Below the pieces are notes generated by a model. It did not search any database. It saw only the letters and a list, made by a program, of their open reading frames with translations, and was not told the origin of the DNA. A program made the translations under genes and the position numbers. From NCBI RefSeq assembly GCF_963921235.1, contig NC_086097.1:46936001-47000000 (forward strand): DNA of 64,000 bases, read 5' to 3'. This stretch comes from Mobula hypostoma. Its lineage: Eukaryota. This document shows positions 1 to 12,868 of the stretch, piece by piece. Numbering within the stretch: position 1 is the first letter of the stretch; every line of letters starts with the position of its first letter.

Positions 1-829
1 TTCCCTTGTTTTGTGGTAAGACAGGCAACGAGGCAGCAGCGTGGCCTTGCTTGTAGCGAAGACAAGGCCTCAAGCGGGCTTGCCGGCTGCTGCAGTCCAG
101 GTGAGACAACACTGCCAGATGGAGTCTGTGCTCGGTTAGGAGCTGGCCTCTACCATCAGTGCTCCCTCCAGTGTCCGACAGGTGGAAGGACAGGCTGGAT
201 TTCCAGGAGCGGTACCATCAAGTTTGCATGTCGTTCAGGGACTTGGACTATACAAGTTCTGGCGTAACGATGTGTGTGTCTTTTTCCTCTCTTGCTATTC
301 TGAATGTATGTTATACACCTGGGCCCCAGAGGGATGCTGTCTCATTCAACTGTATCCATGTATGGTGTGAATAGTAATTAAACTTAATTTGATATTATTA
401 TATTGTGAAATATATGTGATACTGATGGATATTACTAAAAAGTGTGATTACAAATCCTTCGGCAAAAGAAGACAGCCGCACACAATCAGTATCTTGTTTA
501 CAAGATTTGTTTTCAGGAAACCTGAGTAAGGTTGTGCACAGGATTGATAGCAATGCAAACACCCCTATGAAAGAGATGAACTATCTTCAGCTTATTGAAA
601 AACATTAGCAGCTGACCTGATGACCTGACAGCAACAGAGACAGTGATTCAAACTTGCTTCAAGGAAATGGCAAGAATTGTTTGTGGGAAAGAAGATTTTA
701 AAGATGGACTAATATGGACTTAGAATATGGAAGCTGATGTTTTGTTATGTGTTTATGGAAAATTATAACGGTGACATTCCTTGGAGGTTTTGGAAACGTG
801 GGCAACTGAGATTGAGGAAGTGAATATTC

Positions 830-2005
830 TGTCACAATGAAGGGCGCTGGAAGCGGACCCAAATGCAAGACACAGACACTGAAGTAGAAGGAACAGGACT
901 TGATAGAGTAGGGACGTGACAGGATACAGACAAGGAGCAGGGACAAGAACGCAGACTAGGGCTTGGACCCCAAGCCAGAGACTGGACAAGGACCCAGAAC
1001 CTGGGTCTTGCCACAGGCTTGGGCCCCAGAACCAGGCATGGACATGACATGACTGCAGGACTGGAGGCTGGGGCCTTGAGGCTTGAGGCTTGGAGACAGG
1101 CTTGAGGCTTGAGGCTTGGAGACAGGCTTGGGGTCCTGAGGCTTGAGCTTGGAGACAGGCTAGGGTCTTGGTCTTGAGGCCTGCAGGCTGGGGTCTTGGG
1201 TCTAGGGTACTTCGAGGCTTGGGTATGGACTCTGAGCCAGAGGCTGGGCAAGGACCCAGAACCTGGGATTTGACTCAGGCTCGGACTTCAGAACTAGGCG
1301 AGGACAAGACGAGGCTACAGGACTGGATATGGCTTGGGTGAGGAACTCCTGGGTAAGGCGAGACACAAGGACAGGTAAAGGCACATGGACAGGCCTCAGA
1401 TAGGACTGGACTAGGCATGGACTGGACGAGGGCCTTCAGGAGCACGGAGCCTTGGACTAGAAGAGACAAGAGCACAGAACACAGAGCCGGGACCCCTCCT
1501 TGGGAATAGGACGTAGGCCCGGGACCCATACACAGAACACTGAACATGAAGAGACAGATCTCAACACAAGGTGGCAGCAAACGGCCGGACCCACCTAGCG
1601 AAGGCATGGACACAGAGACAGATCCCAACACTAGGTAGCGGCAAATGGCCGGACCTACCTAGCGAAGGTGTGGACAGAGAGAGACAATTCCACACAACGA
1701 AAGACAGTTCCTTATCTTGACCTAACAAGGTTCCGGTCTTGCTCTGGTGGTAAAACTTCAGCGATACAGGCGGGGTATACAGGCCAGGTATCTAGGCAGA
1801 GAGTCAGGCGAGGAAGGAAAAGACAGGGAGGGGAACAGGACAGTCCAGCAGGGAATCCCTGGTTTGCAGAGGTATTTATGTCTCAGCCCCAAAACAAGAA
1901 ACATGTGCCCACAACAGAAACTGGGGAAAACCAGAAACCCTGGAACAAGGAGTCATGGACCAGACCGTGAACCGGAACATGGATCTCACGGACCGGACTA
2001 TGACA
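830..2005 (-). mobile_element. Solo LTR-like element, copy 1 (probably Gypsy-type)
   Basis: Termini TGTCA(830)...TGACA(2005), flanked by a perfect 5-bp TSD TATTC (825-829 and 2006-2010). Nearly the reverse complement of 34405-35662. Contains internal short tandem repeats (TTGAGGC etc.). No internal coding domains. Confidence 0.85.
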
Positions 2006-3969
2006 TATTCTAAAGAGAAAATCACACACAGAAACCCCTACATTGGGAAGTACTCCAAAGAGTTCTTTGAGCATTGGAGTGAAGAGAGCCTTTCTAGCAC
2101 TGGTAACCCACTGGGACAGATGAAGGAGTGATAGTCTGTTCCCAAGAGGAGTCACACCCTGATATTGGTAGAATGAAGCTGACTTAGAAATCTTTGCTTA
2201 GAAATTGGGGCAGGGAGGGAGTGATTGTGACTCTGACAAAGAGCTTTCTGCTGGTCATTTTTGTACCTGCTGATTTATTTACTTTGAGATACAGCACAGA
2301 TTCAGTTTTCATGACTTTGCCTCTGTTGCTGTCCTGTCTCCTTTCTGTTTCTCTCATGACTGCTGATACACAACAGAAGAAAGGGGAATTAAATCTGTTG
2401 GCACATAAAATCACAAGAATATAAAGAGTTATACATGTAGCGTGGATAGAAGTTTAGATAGCAGATGGTGGATAGTATAGAATTCCACTACTTGTAGTAC
2501 ATAAATGCAAAAAAAATGCTTGCAGTTCACAAGAGCAAACCTTTTAGTTATTTAAGTATTTTGTGTGTACTGTTTTCTTCTTGTTTTATGCCAAGTGCAA
2601 ACTTGTTATTTTCACAAAATTATTTGAAGATTTTTTTATTCAGTTAATACCATCTGTTTAACAAAAGAAAAGTCTCAATTTGCATTGTGGCATATTAGCT
2701 TATGATGTGCATTGATCTAAAATTCAGCTCTACATTTCAGCTCAGCATTTACCATACTTAAAATAAATGAGTTGTTGCTTACAGTAATGAAGAAAGACAA
2801 TTTTAGGCAAAATCATTAATCATTAATGCTCTAATGTCTCTGAACAATGATATTTTAACCAAGAAAAAAATAGCAATTTCTAGAAACATTTAAAAGTCAC
2901 CACTTTATGATATCATAGTGATTTCCAGTAGAATCTTGTTTCAATTTTTTAGTGCACTTCCATATTTCTCCAGAAGGAAAGTAATGGCAGAAGTGCCAAA
3001 TAGACAAATTGATGACAATCAATCTTAAATCTGAATTCCAACATACAAGGATAGTAAGGCTAAAAAGCCTGAGAAAAATTCCTGAATTCCTGCCTTTTAA
3101 GAAAATCATGCTGTTAACATTATAAAGTTGGCAATATCTTGAGGCACTTGGAAATAGTTAGCAATTATGATCAGCTCCAATCTTATATGAAGAATCTGGA
3201 CAAAGTAGGGGGACTTTGGGGTTCTAACGTTTTTACTGTCAGTCATGCTTTGGGCCACTCTTTTGTTTACATGGATGTCTGCAAAGAACAAGAATTTCAA
3301 GTTGCATATTGTCTGATATTAAATGGAACTATTGAACGCTGAATGAAAACAATCATGTCATTCATGTATAATAAAGACAAACATTAAAACCGGGTAATTA
3401 AAAAGAGTTAAGTACTTCAGAAACATATTTCAGAAGTGACAGTGATATTTAGAAGTGTTATCATTTCCACTTCAGATGCATTAATTGCATTGTCTTTATA
3501 TTGATACAGGTCGACCTTCACTAATCCGGCACCATTGGGACCTGAGGAGTGCCAGATTAGTGAAAATGCCAAATTACAGAAGGATCACATTAAGCAATAG
3601 CTAACCACCTCATCATACCTTTAAAATATCATGTAAAGCAGTACAAGTTAGATAATAATGAAACAGAAATATTAACTGAGTAGCAAGTGAAATTTTAATG
3701 AAGTAATATACTGTACAGGCACGGATAAAATAAAGGGTACAGGTAAATGTACAGGAATTAACTTGTACAGAAAAGTTGAGCACTTCCGCTTCTAAAGTGA
3801 GACGTTTAATATACCTTCAGGCAAAGTAACATGTCTGCAAGTGTGGGGTTGTCAGGATCATCAACATCTTCATTTTGAAAATGAGTGAAGCAGCAGGAAC
3901 TGGTGCTGAAACTGGTTGGCGGCAGCACATCTGGGTGAGCAGAAGTTGATGGCACTGGATTTTGAAGTG

Positions 3970-5623
3970 TTAGCTCCCCGTTGCACTTTTTCTAGCAATT
4001 TTTTTGAACATATCTTCCAAAGTAAGCTGTTTCGTATATGTTGGTCTCTCTCTGATTAGCTTATCCTGCAGCATATAAACACTCATTATTTCTTGCTCAG
4101 TTATAAAACTTAGTTGCTCTAATCCTTTCAGCAATTCACCTGTCAACTTAATTAGCCTGTCAATAGAAAGTCTCTCTGCTACAGCTTCCTCATCTTCATC
4201 ACTGCTTTCTCCTCCAGTATCTTCCTTCTCTGGATGTACAACCATCTGCACAATTTCCGAGTCAGTATAATGATGAATATAGTAGGCTCATCCTCATCTA
4301 TATTCATCCATTCTTCAACATTGTCATCGTTGAACCTTGATGCAAGATCCTTGGCAGGAGGATTAGTTAGCTCTTGAGCAAAAGAAAGCAGTTCACCTTG
4401 GAAACCCTAAAGCCTGTAAAGTCATTTCCAATGTCTTCACCAGGTGCAGACTCAAACATTAAACCCGGCCATAATCTATGCCAACCATTCTTCAGTGTGG
4501 ATGGCTCTACAGACCTCCAACAGCACAGTAAATCATCTCTTTCATATTAAAATCCTTTATAAATTCCTTTACCGGTCTGCCAGCATTAACTGCACTCAAA
4601 AGGCGCCTCATAAAATACTTCCACTTGAGGGAACAGTACTTCGACTTGAGAGAACACAATATGCCATTGTCCAGGGGTTGAATTAATGACGTACAGTTAG
4701 GTGGCAGGAAGATACCGAAAACATTGTTTTTTTATCAGGCGTTCTGCTTTCGGGTGTGCTGAACAGTTGTCTAAAACAAGCATTATCTTACAGTTGTGGT
4801 GCAGGCCAACAGAGTCACAGTGAGCTCGTGCTTCAGGAACAAAATAATTTTCCAAACCATCCTCGTGTAATGCTAGTTGTAATCCATCCATTTTTGTTAG
4901 CACGGTAAATTACAGGAAATTGCGTCATACGTTTGAAGGCCCTGGGACGTAAACTTTTGCCAGTGACCAGTAACTTACATCTGTGGGTTCCTGCAGCATT
5001 AGAGCAGCCTAGTAAAGTCACATGATCTCTCAATGCCTTATACCCTGATGGCGGTTCTGCATCTGCTGTTGTTGGTGTTCTTCTTGGTGTACATCTCCAA
5101 TACAAAGCAGTCTCATCAGCATTGTACACCTGCTCGGGGCTTAATTTTTCATTGGAGACTAACTTGGCAAACTTGTCAACAAACTCTGCTGCTGCTTCCT
5201 TGTCCTGACGAAGGGTCTTGGCCTGAAACGTCGAATGTACCTCTTTCTAGAGATGCTGCCTGCCTGCTGCGTTCACCAGCAACTTTGATGTGTGTTGCTT
5301 GAATTTCCAGCATCTGCAGAATTCCTGTTGTTTGCGTTGTTAACAGCACTTTATCTAGTTCCAAACTTCTTCCGTCTTTCATTGTTTTTCTTACGCACAT
5401 CTGTTTCTTTGAGCCACTATCAGCAAAAAAAATGTAGCAGTTTTTCTTTCCGTTTCTTTATATCGTACACTGTGGAAGAGCCAATGTTGTAACACTCGCA
5501 CAAGCTTTTCACTGATACACCACTGTCCAGTTTTCTCAAGGGTTCAACCTCATCTTTAATGGATAATGTGCGGTGTTTTCGCTTCACAGCACGAGGTGCA
5601 TTTCCTTTACTCACTGGGGCCAT
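3970..5623 (-). pseudogene. Frameshifted Tigger (CENP-B/Jerky-like) transposase
   Basis: HTH-psq KRKHRTLSIKDEV...YNIGSSTVYDIKK and DDE motifs YNADETALYW and LVLDNCSAHP, split over several frames. Most of the second HTH appears replaced by an insertion at about 5195-5336. Confidence 0.9.
5195..5336 (+). mobile_element. Penelope-like 3' fragment with minimal type I hammerhead motif
   Basis: GTC-CTGACGA-A-GGGT-CTTG-GCCT-GAAA-CGTC-GA at 5202-5234, then the family tail GATGCTGCCTG...CCAGCATCTGCAGAATTCC seen in other copies in this window. Confidence 0.75.
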
Positions 5624-5935
5624 AATTGGGCCAAAAAATAGCAAGTGATATTAATTAATGCAGGAAAATAAGCAGGAATCGCCTGTCTGTGCTTACAAGA
5701 GCGGACCAACACATGAACAGATCTAGCGCAACCAAAACAATGCCCAGCAGATTGGGATGGTGGCCTGGGAAATTTGAAATTACAGTTGCGCGGAAAATTT
5801 CAAATCAGTGTCGGATTATCGAAGGTGCCGGATTACAGGTAGTCGGTTTAGTGAAAGTCGACCTGTACTCACAGATTTTACGCAGTGTTTGAAACAAATA
5901 CTCAGTTTGACCTTGGTAGACATTTTATAGGAAGA

Positions 5936-6472
5936 CAGTAGTCTGCAAAAGTCTTAGGCACATATATATACCTAGGATGCCTAAGACCTTTGCACAGTAC
6001 TATATTTGTCAACGTGGAGCGGAGAGCAAGTTTGTAAATCTGGCGGGAGCAAAAGATGTTTGAAATGGCAAGGATGGAGTGCTGTGGGTCAGGCGGCAGA
6101 GAAGGAGTGCCAAGGGAAGGGGGTGGCGCAGGAGTAGATACACCCAGCCCTGAGACACCAGGCAAGATCATTTGATTCTAAACAATTGGCTTATTTATCA
6201 TTCCAGAACGTCTCTCTGGTGCTTCCCGCTCCCTCTCCTCTCCTTTCTCCTTTTCCCAAGCATGATTCCCCTCTTCCTGCCCCCTTCCCACTCAGTCCAC
6301 AATAGAGACCCAAATCAGAATCAGGTTTATCATCATTCACATATATCATGAAATTGCTTTTTTCTTTTTTGCAGCAGTGGTACAGTGCAATACATAAAAG
6401 TACTACAATACTGTGCAAAACTCTTAGGCACCCTAGCTTTATATAGGTGTCAAAAACTTTTGCACAGTACTG
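5936..6472. mobile_element. Non-autonomous Tc1-like composite element
   Basis: Two ~67-bp cassettes (5936-6002 and 6405-6472) in inverted orientation. Each is itself a near-palindrome of CAGTACTGTGCAAAAGTCTTAGGCAC. TA follows the right end. Confidence 0.7.
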
Positions 6473-7550
6473 TATTATTAAGATTCCAAGGTTATTTCTT
6501 CTTCATACAAGCTCTAAACGCTGCAAATAATAACATTATTATTTCTCATCGTACTCAAATGATACTCACAAAATAGTAAAGGTCACTGTTGATTCTCAGA
6601 AAGCATCTTCATAGCAGTAGCATTCAAGCTTACTTTCTTACTGTAAAGTGGAAGAAAGCAATAAAGTTTAATTTGAAAGTAAGCATATCCCCATATCCAA
6701 TGTACCAGTTTTTCTTCCTTCTTTCTACTATGAAGTCAGCACATCTAAAATCAGCACACTGACGAAAAAAATACTGCAATAGAAAACTAATATAAGATTA
6801 GACCAGAAGTTATATGGAATATGTAGTGGCAAGTAATCCATTACAAATAGAATTGATTCACAAGAGAACAAGGTCAAAATTACCAAAACTTTTTCATATT
6901 ATCAGCATTAAAACCAACTTAGACTAAAATATCAGTTCTTTTTGGAAAAGAATAAACACTTCACAATAGCATTTAAACAGTCATGAATAATATTTGCACT
7001 GGGATTAAAGTGCACTAAGGATTCTTCACAATATTAAAAATATTTAATATTTTGTAAGGTAATCAAAACAAATTTACATATAGATTTTCTTATCACTTTC
7101 ATCTTGTTAGTGTATAATCAGATTCAACTCTATTTTTAATACACGTTTGTTTATAGAATCCTTGGCAGTTGAGAAAGAGGGATCATGAATCTTGATCTTC
7201 AAACACCCCTTGTTTTAAATGATTAAAGGTTATGCTGGCATAATCAAGATGGTTAATTCCATCATCAACGTCTGTCTTTACCAAAAGGCTACTCTCAATA
7301 TACAGGAAGTTATTCACATTTTCCAGGATCTCACCATGACCCTTATGTACAATGTGGTAGAGGGCCTTTGAGATTCAGATGCTGATTTATCACATGTACA
7401 TTGAAATATACTGTGAAATGTATCATTTGCGTTAATAGCCAACACACCCAAGGATGTAGGGCAGGCCACAAGTGAAACCATAGAGCGCCAACATAATGCC
7501 CACAACGTTCAACAACCCAACAAAACAAGCCCATTTCCCACCCACCCACC

Positions 7551-7582
7551 TACACACACATACATACACACACACACACACA
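7551..7582. repeat. (CA)n microsatellite, imperfect
   Basis: TACACACACATACATACACACACACACACACA. Confidence 0.9.
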
Positions 7583-9749
7583 CTCTCCTCCAATCCAAGA
7601 CACTTCACCTCTGACCTCCAGTTCTTGGCCCGAAACTCTCTGACTCACAGAAACTGGGCCTCTAAACCCCAATCCCTGGCCCAGACACACAGATACAACA
7701 TTCGGGTCTCTACCTCTGGACTTGCTGACTTTGGTCTTCAACCTGTGGGCTTTCTACATCTGGACTCACCAACCTCTGGACTTCGACATTCAACTTTGCC
7801 CACTAGACTTCGCCAACCTCTGGATATTGATCCCAGTACTTACTGAACATGGGTTTGACCTTCAGGCATTGACTCCAGGATTCGCCAGTCATAGGTTTGA
7901 CCTTTGGGACTCGACTTCCAACTTGCACAGTTCTCTGACTTCAGTGACCCAGGACATCAACAACCCTCATGGTTCTTACCCAGACAGACTTCCGACCTAG
8001 GACTCAACAACCTCTGGATCGTTGGTCTCCTTGGTGCCTGCCAACCCAGTCGATCTCTGGGTTCACTGACCTTTGACCACAGAACACTTTGATCCTCAAC
8101 TTCTGGACTTGCATGGACCTCTGCTCCAGTAGTCAACGGCTCATGTGACTCCCATCTATATGGACCACCATCTTGGAGTCACCCCCCTGGGGATCACTAG
8201 TCTCCTCAGAGAATGCCAACCCAACCTCCAGGATCACTGGCCTGACTTTGAACACTAGCTCCTGCCTCTCATTCTTCCTTCTCCCTCATCCTTGTCCCTG
8301 AACCCTAACTAGACCCTTAATTCTCCATACTGTCTCCAAACTCATTCCTATGTACCTTAAAAAAACAAGTCTGAGCCATGTTATCAATAGACAACACAGC
8401 TCAGCATCATCTTGATTAGAAATTCCCTTTCTCTGTTTGATAATGTTGAGTACAAAGCCTATTCTCAGCCTCTGAGCCGTGCAAACACAAGCATAGCCTG
8501 CATACTGCAAGTTCAACTGCAGATGTTTGGATCTGTAGTATAGCTACCAAAGGTTGAACAACTTCCCATTAGTTTTGAATATTAGCTGTACTTCCATAGG
8601 ATGCTTGTTAGAGGTGACATACAACATTCTGGGTAGAAAGAATGAGAGAAGTGTGTAGTCAAGAAGGCCATGTTCAGTGGCTAGCTCTGTTCCCTGAATT
8701 TTTCAATTCCTGGCTTGTGAAGATCATGTCCATTTGGCCTTGAGTTGAAAGGAACAGTGCTTCAGCCACTCAGCAGAGGTGGTTAATGAGAACTCTGTCA
8801 ATGCCCTTCACTATGGCAGACATCAGGAAGATCCCACTGTTACCACAGTCACACATTAGCTAGTTTCTTAATAATGGTCACGATCACAGAATCTGCAATC
8901 CCTCCAAATTTCCTGCTCTTCGCAGATGTGGGTGATGAGATTGTGGATTTGTTAGTGCAACACTTTAATGCCAAGTTTTAGGAGCATTAATGCCCATGTA
9001 GTAGAGCCTGGTTATTTAGGATAACCTTACTATGGGATCAAGAGACAGTTCTGCAAAGTTCAGGTGGTATGTGTAATTGACATTATATGATACTACCAAG
9101 TCAGAACCTCAAGGACAATACTGATAGTAATAGACTGCTATCATAACTGGAACTCAGTTGTTTTGACATTGATGTTGCTGAGCCAAGCTTAGATGGCCAG
9201 TTTAACAATCAAGGAAGACAGTACACCTGCATCTATTTCAGGAGGGTCAAACAGAAAGAGCAATCCTGACTTCACAGAGTGAGTTTCACCAATAATAAAC
9301 TTGTCTGATATCTCAGGGAATTACCCCGTGGAATTAGTAAAAACATGTCTTATGAGTTTTTGGTTCATACTAACACAGAACCAGTGTATAAGCCACAACC
9401 CCTGAAGCTTCGATCTAGGCTAAACAGAACTTCTACTCTTACCTTGAAAAATCACATGTATTAACCACAAAGAGGAGTAATCCAATTCATCTGTGTGACT
9501 CCACCATCAGAGTCAACAGGGCTGCAACTCTCTGCCAAGGAATGATTGCCACAGAGAAGGCTAACACCAGTGGGGTGCTTCTCCTAAAATGTCTGGAACA
9601 CAATCATAATGAATACCTGGTTTTGACAGAGACACAAACACAAAATGTCATTGCAACATAATGTCAGTCCAAACATTAGCACTTGCTAGATCATATCATA
9701 GTCCCAGCAAGATATCTGTATCACCTATGCCATGACAGGCACAGATGAC

Positions 9750-10690
9750 CACTACATTAACCACCGCCTATCTCTGATGAGCTTCAACAACCTAATGCCA
9801 AAGCAGAGAGGAGGTGAAAGAGCTGACACCTGGTGCCAGGCAAATAACCTCTTCCACAATGTCAACAAGGCAAAGGTGATAGTTATCAACTGCAGGAGAA
9901 CTGGCACCACTTATACACATCTTTACATCCGCAGCAGAGCAGTGGAAACCACAAACAGTTTCAAACTCCTGGGAGTGCACATCTCACACAACCTCTTATG
10001 GCCTTAGACAATCACAAAAGTACACCAACGCCTCTGCTTTCAGAGGAGGTTGCAGAGAGCTGGACTATGCACATCAATACTCATGACCTTCTACGGATAC
10101 ACAGTACAGAGCATCCTAACAAACTACATAGTAGAAAAACTGCACTGCAGCAGACAGGAAAGCTCTACAACGGGTAGTCAAAACTGCCCAATGCATCACC
10201 AGCACCAGTCTACCCACCATCAACAACATATATACAGAAAGGAGCTAGAAAAGGGCCAGTAGTGTAATGAAGGATTCCACCCACCCTGCTCTTGGAATGT
10301 TTGTTCCACTCCCATCAGGGAGGAGGCTACGTACCATCCACGCCAGGACCACCAGTCTCAAAAAAAAGTTAAATTCCCCAATCAATAAAGCTGATTAACA
10401 CCTCCATACACTAATCCACCCCACCACTCCTGCTCATCGCCTCTACTTTATCATTTTCTGTCAGTCACCCTATGTACAGACAATCCTGTACCTAGTATCA
10501 CTTTATGGATGTATAATCTTTCAATGTATATAAACTATCTTATATATTCATACTTACTGTGCTTTTTTACTTGTATGTTCTTTATGTTATTGTTTCTTTT
10601 GTGCTGCATTAGATCCAGAGGAACAATTATTTTGTTCCCATTTACACTTGTGTACTGGAAATGACATTAAACAATCTTGAGTCTTGAATC
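9750..10690 (+). mobile_element. Rex1/Babar-type LINE, 5'-truncated and decayed
   Basis: Post-RT motifs WCQANNLFHNVNKAK, NSFKLLGVHISHNLLW and ILMTFYGYTVQSILT. The 3' tail is ATTAAA followed by (TCTTGA)-type short repeats. Confidence 0.8.
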
Positions 10691-10814
10691 ACTGTCAACA
10701 GAAGCAAAGTCACAAGAACATCAACATCAAAGCTCTCAAGGATCCCACAAACTGGTCTCCTCTCAGACCGTACCTCACAAACAACCTATCAATTTCCAGC
10801 CTATAAATTGTATG

Positions 10815-11065
10815 GTCTCTCTATGATTGCATGAGTTTCAATTGGGTGCAGGAGTTTCTTCCACATGCCAAAGGTGCGCTAGTAGGCTCATTAACCACTG
10901 GGAAATTATCCCAGTTAAGATGTAACAAAAGAATCAAAGAAGAGTTGTTGGGCTTGAATGAGGGGATAAGAGCTTCAGGAAATTAAAAAGCGAAATGGGA
11001 CTGACAGGATTGCTCTTTGGGAGCCAGTGATAGACCATGGGCAAAATGGCCTCCTCCTGTATTAT
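10815..11065 (+). mobile_element. Old V-SINE/HE1-like SINE fragment with CR1-derived tail
   Basis: V-domain-like TTTCTTCCACATGCCAAAG and a CR1-type tail ATGGGCAAAATGGCCTCCTCCTGT. Confidence 0.5.
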
Positions 11066-11740
11066 AATCTTCTTCTTCTTGGGCCCTTAGCTCCCAGTGG
11101 AACATAGGCAACTGATGACATCCATCTCCATTGTCCAAAGTAGATGGTATGGTTGGAGTTCATCAATGTTTCTGTAATCCATTGCATCCACTGTACAGCT
11201 TCACCAGATCCCTGTTGGCTGGCCTTACCCACTTCCATCTCTCACGCTGGGGACGTAGGGTTGGACTTAAGAGGTATTGTATTACAATAGGAGCTACAAA
11301 ATCTCAACAGATTGTGGCCCTGAGTTTCCCTGGAGTAGCACTGTAAAGAGAATCTTGGCTTCTCGGGCAAGAAGACTGATTTGATGAGAAGATCCAGAAC
11401 TTCAAGAAAATGGCTCATCCTATACATAGGTTGTTCCTAAATTCCTAATAGGTTGCTCCATCTATCCTGAAGGAAATGAATACTTTTACAAGCACCTAAA
11501 GGGAGAGATCCAGCAGTAAAAAACCTAAAGCAGGAGACTTGGCAGCTTGACAGCCATGACATGTGTAGGATCTACAGCCATCCTCAACTCTTGTACTCAG
11601 GACCCTACCCCTGTGTCAGGGACAGAAGAGAACTCAGAGGCAGAGAAGCAGGAAAGATTTCATGGGCCTCTTCCTTCACTGCTTTGTGCTTATTATGAGT
11701 GCACAGACTTCATTCCACAACAGTGCATCTAACCATTATG
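11066..11740 (-). mobile_element. Possible RTE-derived non-autonomous retroelement
   Basis: Ends in an (AAG)n tail on the minus strand (TCTTCTTCTTCTT at about 11067-11080). No coding evidence; boundaries approximate. Confidence 0.3.
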
Positions 11741-12679
11741 CTTGACTGACAAACCATATCCCAACTCAAAAATAACTAAGGCTTTGAAGTACTTCCATTG
11801 GATCTAACATATTGCTTTCTCATAGAAGACAAACAGTTAAGTTATGCTATCATAATTTGTGAACAACCAGCATATTACACTAATCAGACTTGAGCATTCA
11901 TCTAATTTTGATAATAGGTTGAAAGAAGAGTGAAAAATGTACGCTGAAGCTTCATAATGGATCTTTTAGATCAGAAATTAAAATGAGATTATTTGGTGGC
12001 AAAGTATATAAGGCACCAAAAGAGTGAGATTTCTGAACATCCATTTATTTCTGAACCAACAATGGTCAACAATCTCATTAGTTATTCGAAAGAACGTTAC
12101 AATAGTGACGATATTTTAAAATGTACTTAATCCAGTGAGATGTATTCTTAGACTTCCTCGAAATTTTGTAAGTGAGCGCAGTATAAATATATGATGGTTA
12201 ATTATTCTCCACTGAGAAATCAATACACTCTTTCTACACGTAGCAATGATGACATTTCAATTGTGAGAAATTTTTCAGTACAGATTAATTCGACAGTGCG
12301 CTGCAAGGATCTAGCAACCCCACGGTCGATTATTCTAGAAACACAAAGTGAGCCACCTCACCCAACAATCACAGGACAATTGCCCTCAGTTTTGCAATCT
12401 CTCACGCATATGATGCAATCGCTATTGAAGCACGTAGACCGACAACACCTCCGCCAATTGAAACGGGCTACTGTTACCGCGAGAGCATGTCGCCCTTCAC
12501 GCGCTTTCCCCTCAACCTACCTTGACGAACACATGCGATGATGTCATTTTGAGTGACTGTCAACTGGACCACGGAGCTCAAAGCGCCGGCGACAATTTCC
12601 CAATGAAATCCTTGGCAACTGCGAAACGTCCAATCGCAGGAGGGGAGAGGCGGGTTCAGTGCCCTATCAAGTTAGGCTG

Positions 12680-12744
12680 AGCTACAGCTAGCTGGTGGTA
12701 AGACGGAAAGGCGTTTTTTTTGGTTGTTGGTTAGCGTCGTGGAG
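12680..12744 (+). other. EIF5: Probable EIF5 non-coding first exon (start approximate)
   Basis: Donor GAG|GTGAGC after 12744, just downstream of the CCAAT/GC boxes. The TSS cannot be determined from sequence. Confidence 0.45.
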
Positions 12745-12868
12745 GTGAGCGCGGGGATGGAAGCGTAGAGGGAAAGCGGAGCTTGTTAACAATTTACCTA
12801 GCCGAGATCAAGGAAATAGTGGGCATCTACGATTCAAGTTGACCAGTATTTTTTTTGTTTTCAAACAG

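Larger units (their letters stand above)
3507..5865 (-). mobile_element. Tigger/pogo DNA transposon, both ends present, decayed
   Basis: TIRs CAGGTCGACCTTCACTAATCCGGC (3507-) and reverse-complement CAGGTCGACTTTCACTAAACCGAC (-5865), with TA on both flanks. Confidence 0.92.

Noticed and set aside
830..2005. The TGTCA..TGACA elements as the LTRs of the ERV or of the Gypsy remnant in this window
   Set aside because: The three complete copies each have their own TSD. They do not match the sequence next to the ERV PBS or the Gypsy PPT, and two are nested inside younger CR1s within the ERV.
2184..3109. Exon-like minus-strand blocks (about 2184-2394 and 2901-3031) as parts of an upstream gene such as TNFAIP2 or EXOC3L4
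   Set aside because: Splice-like motifs exist, but the translations resemble no protein I recognise and no consistent exon chain could be built.
3139..3342. ORF with a faint OTU-like G.WG pattern
   Set aside because: TTG start, too short, no catalytic motifs visible.
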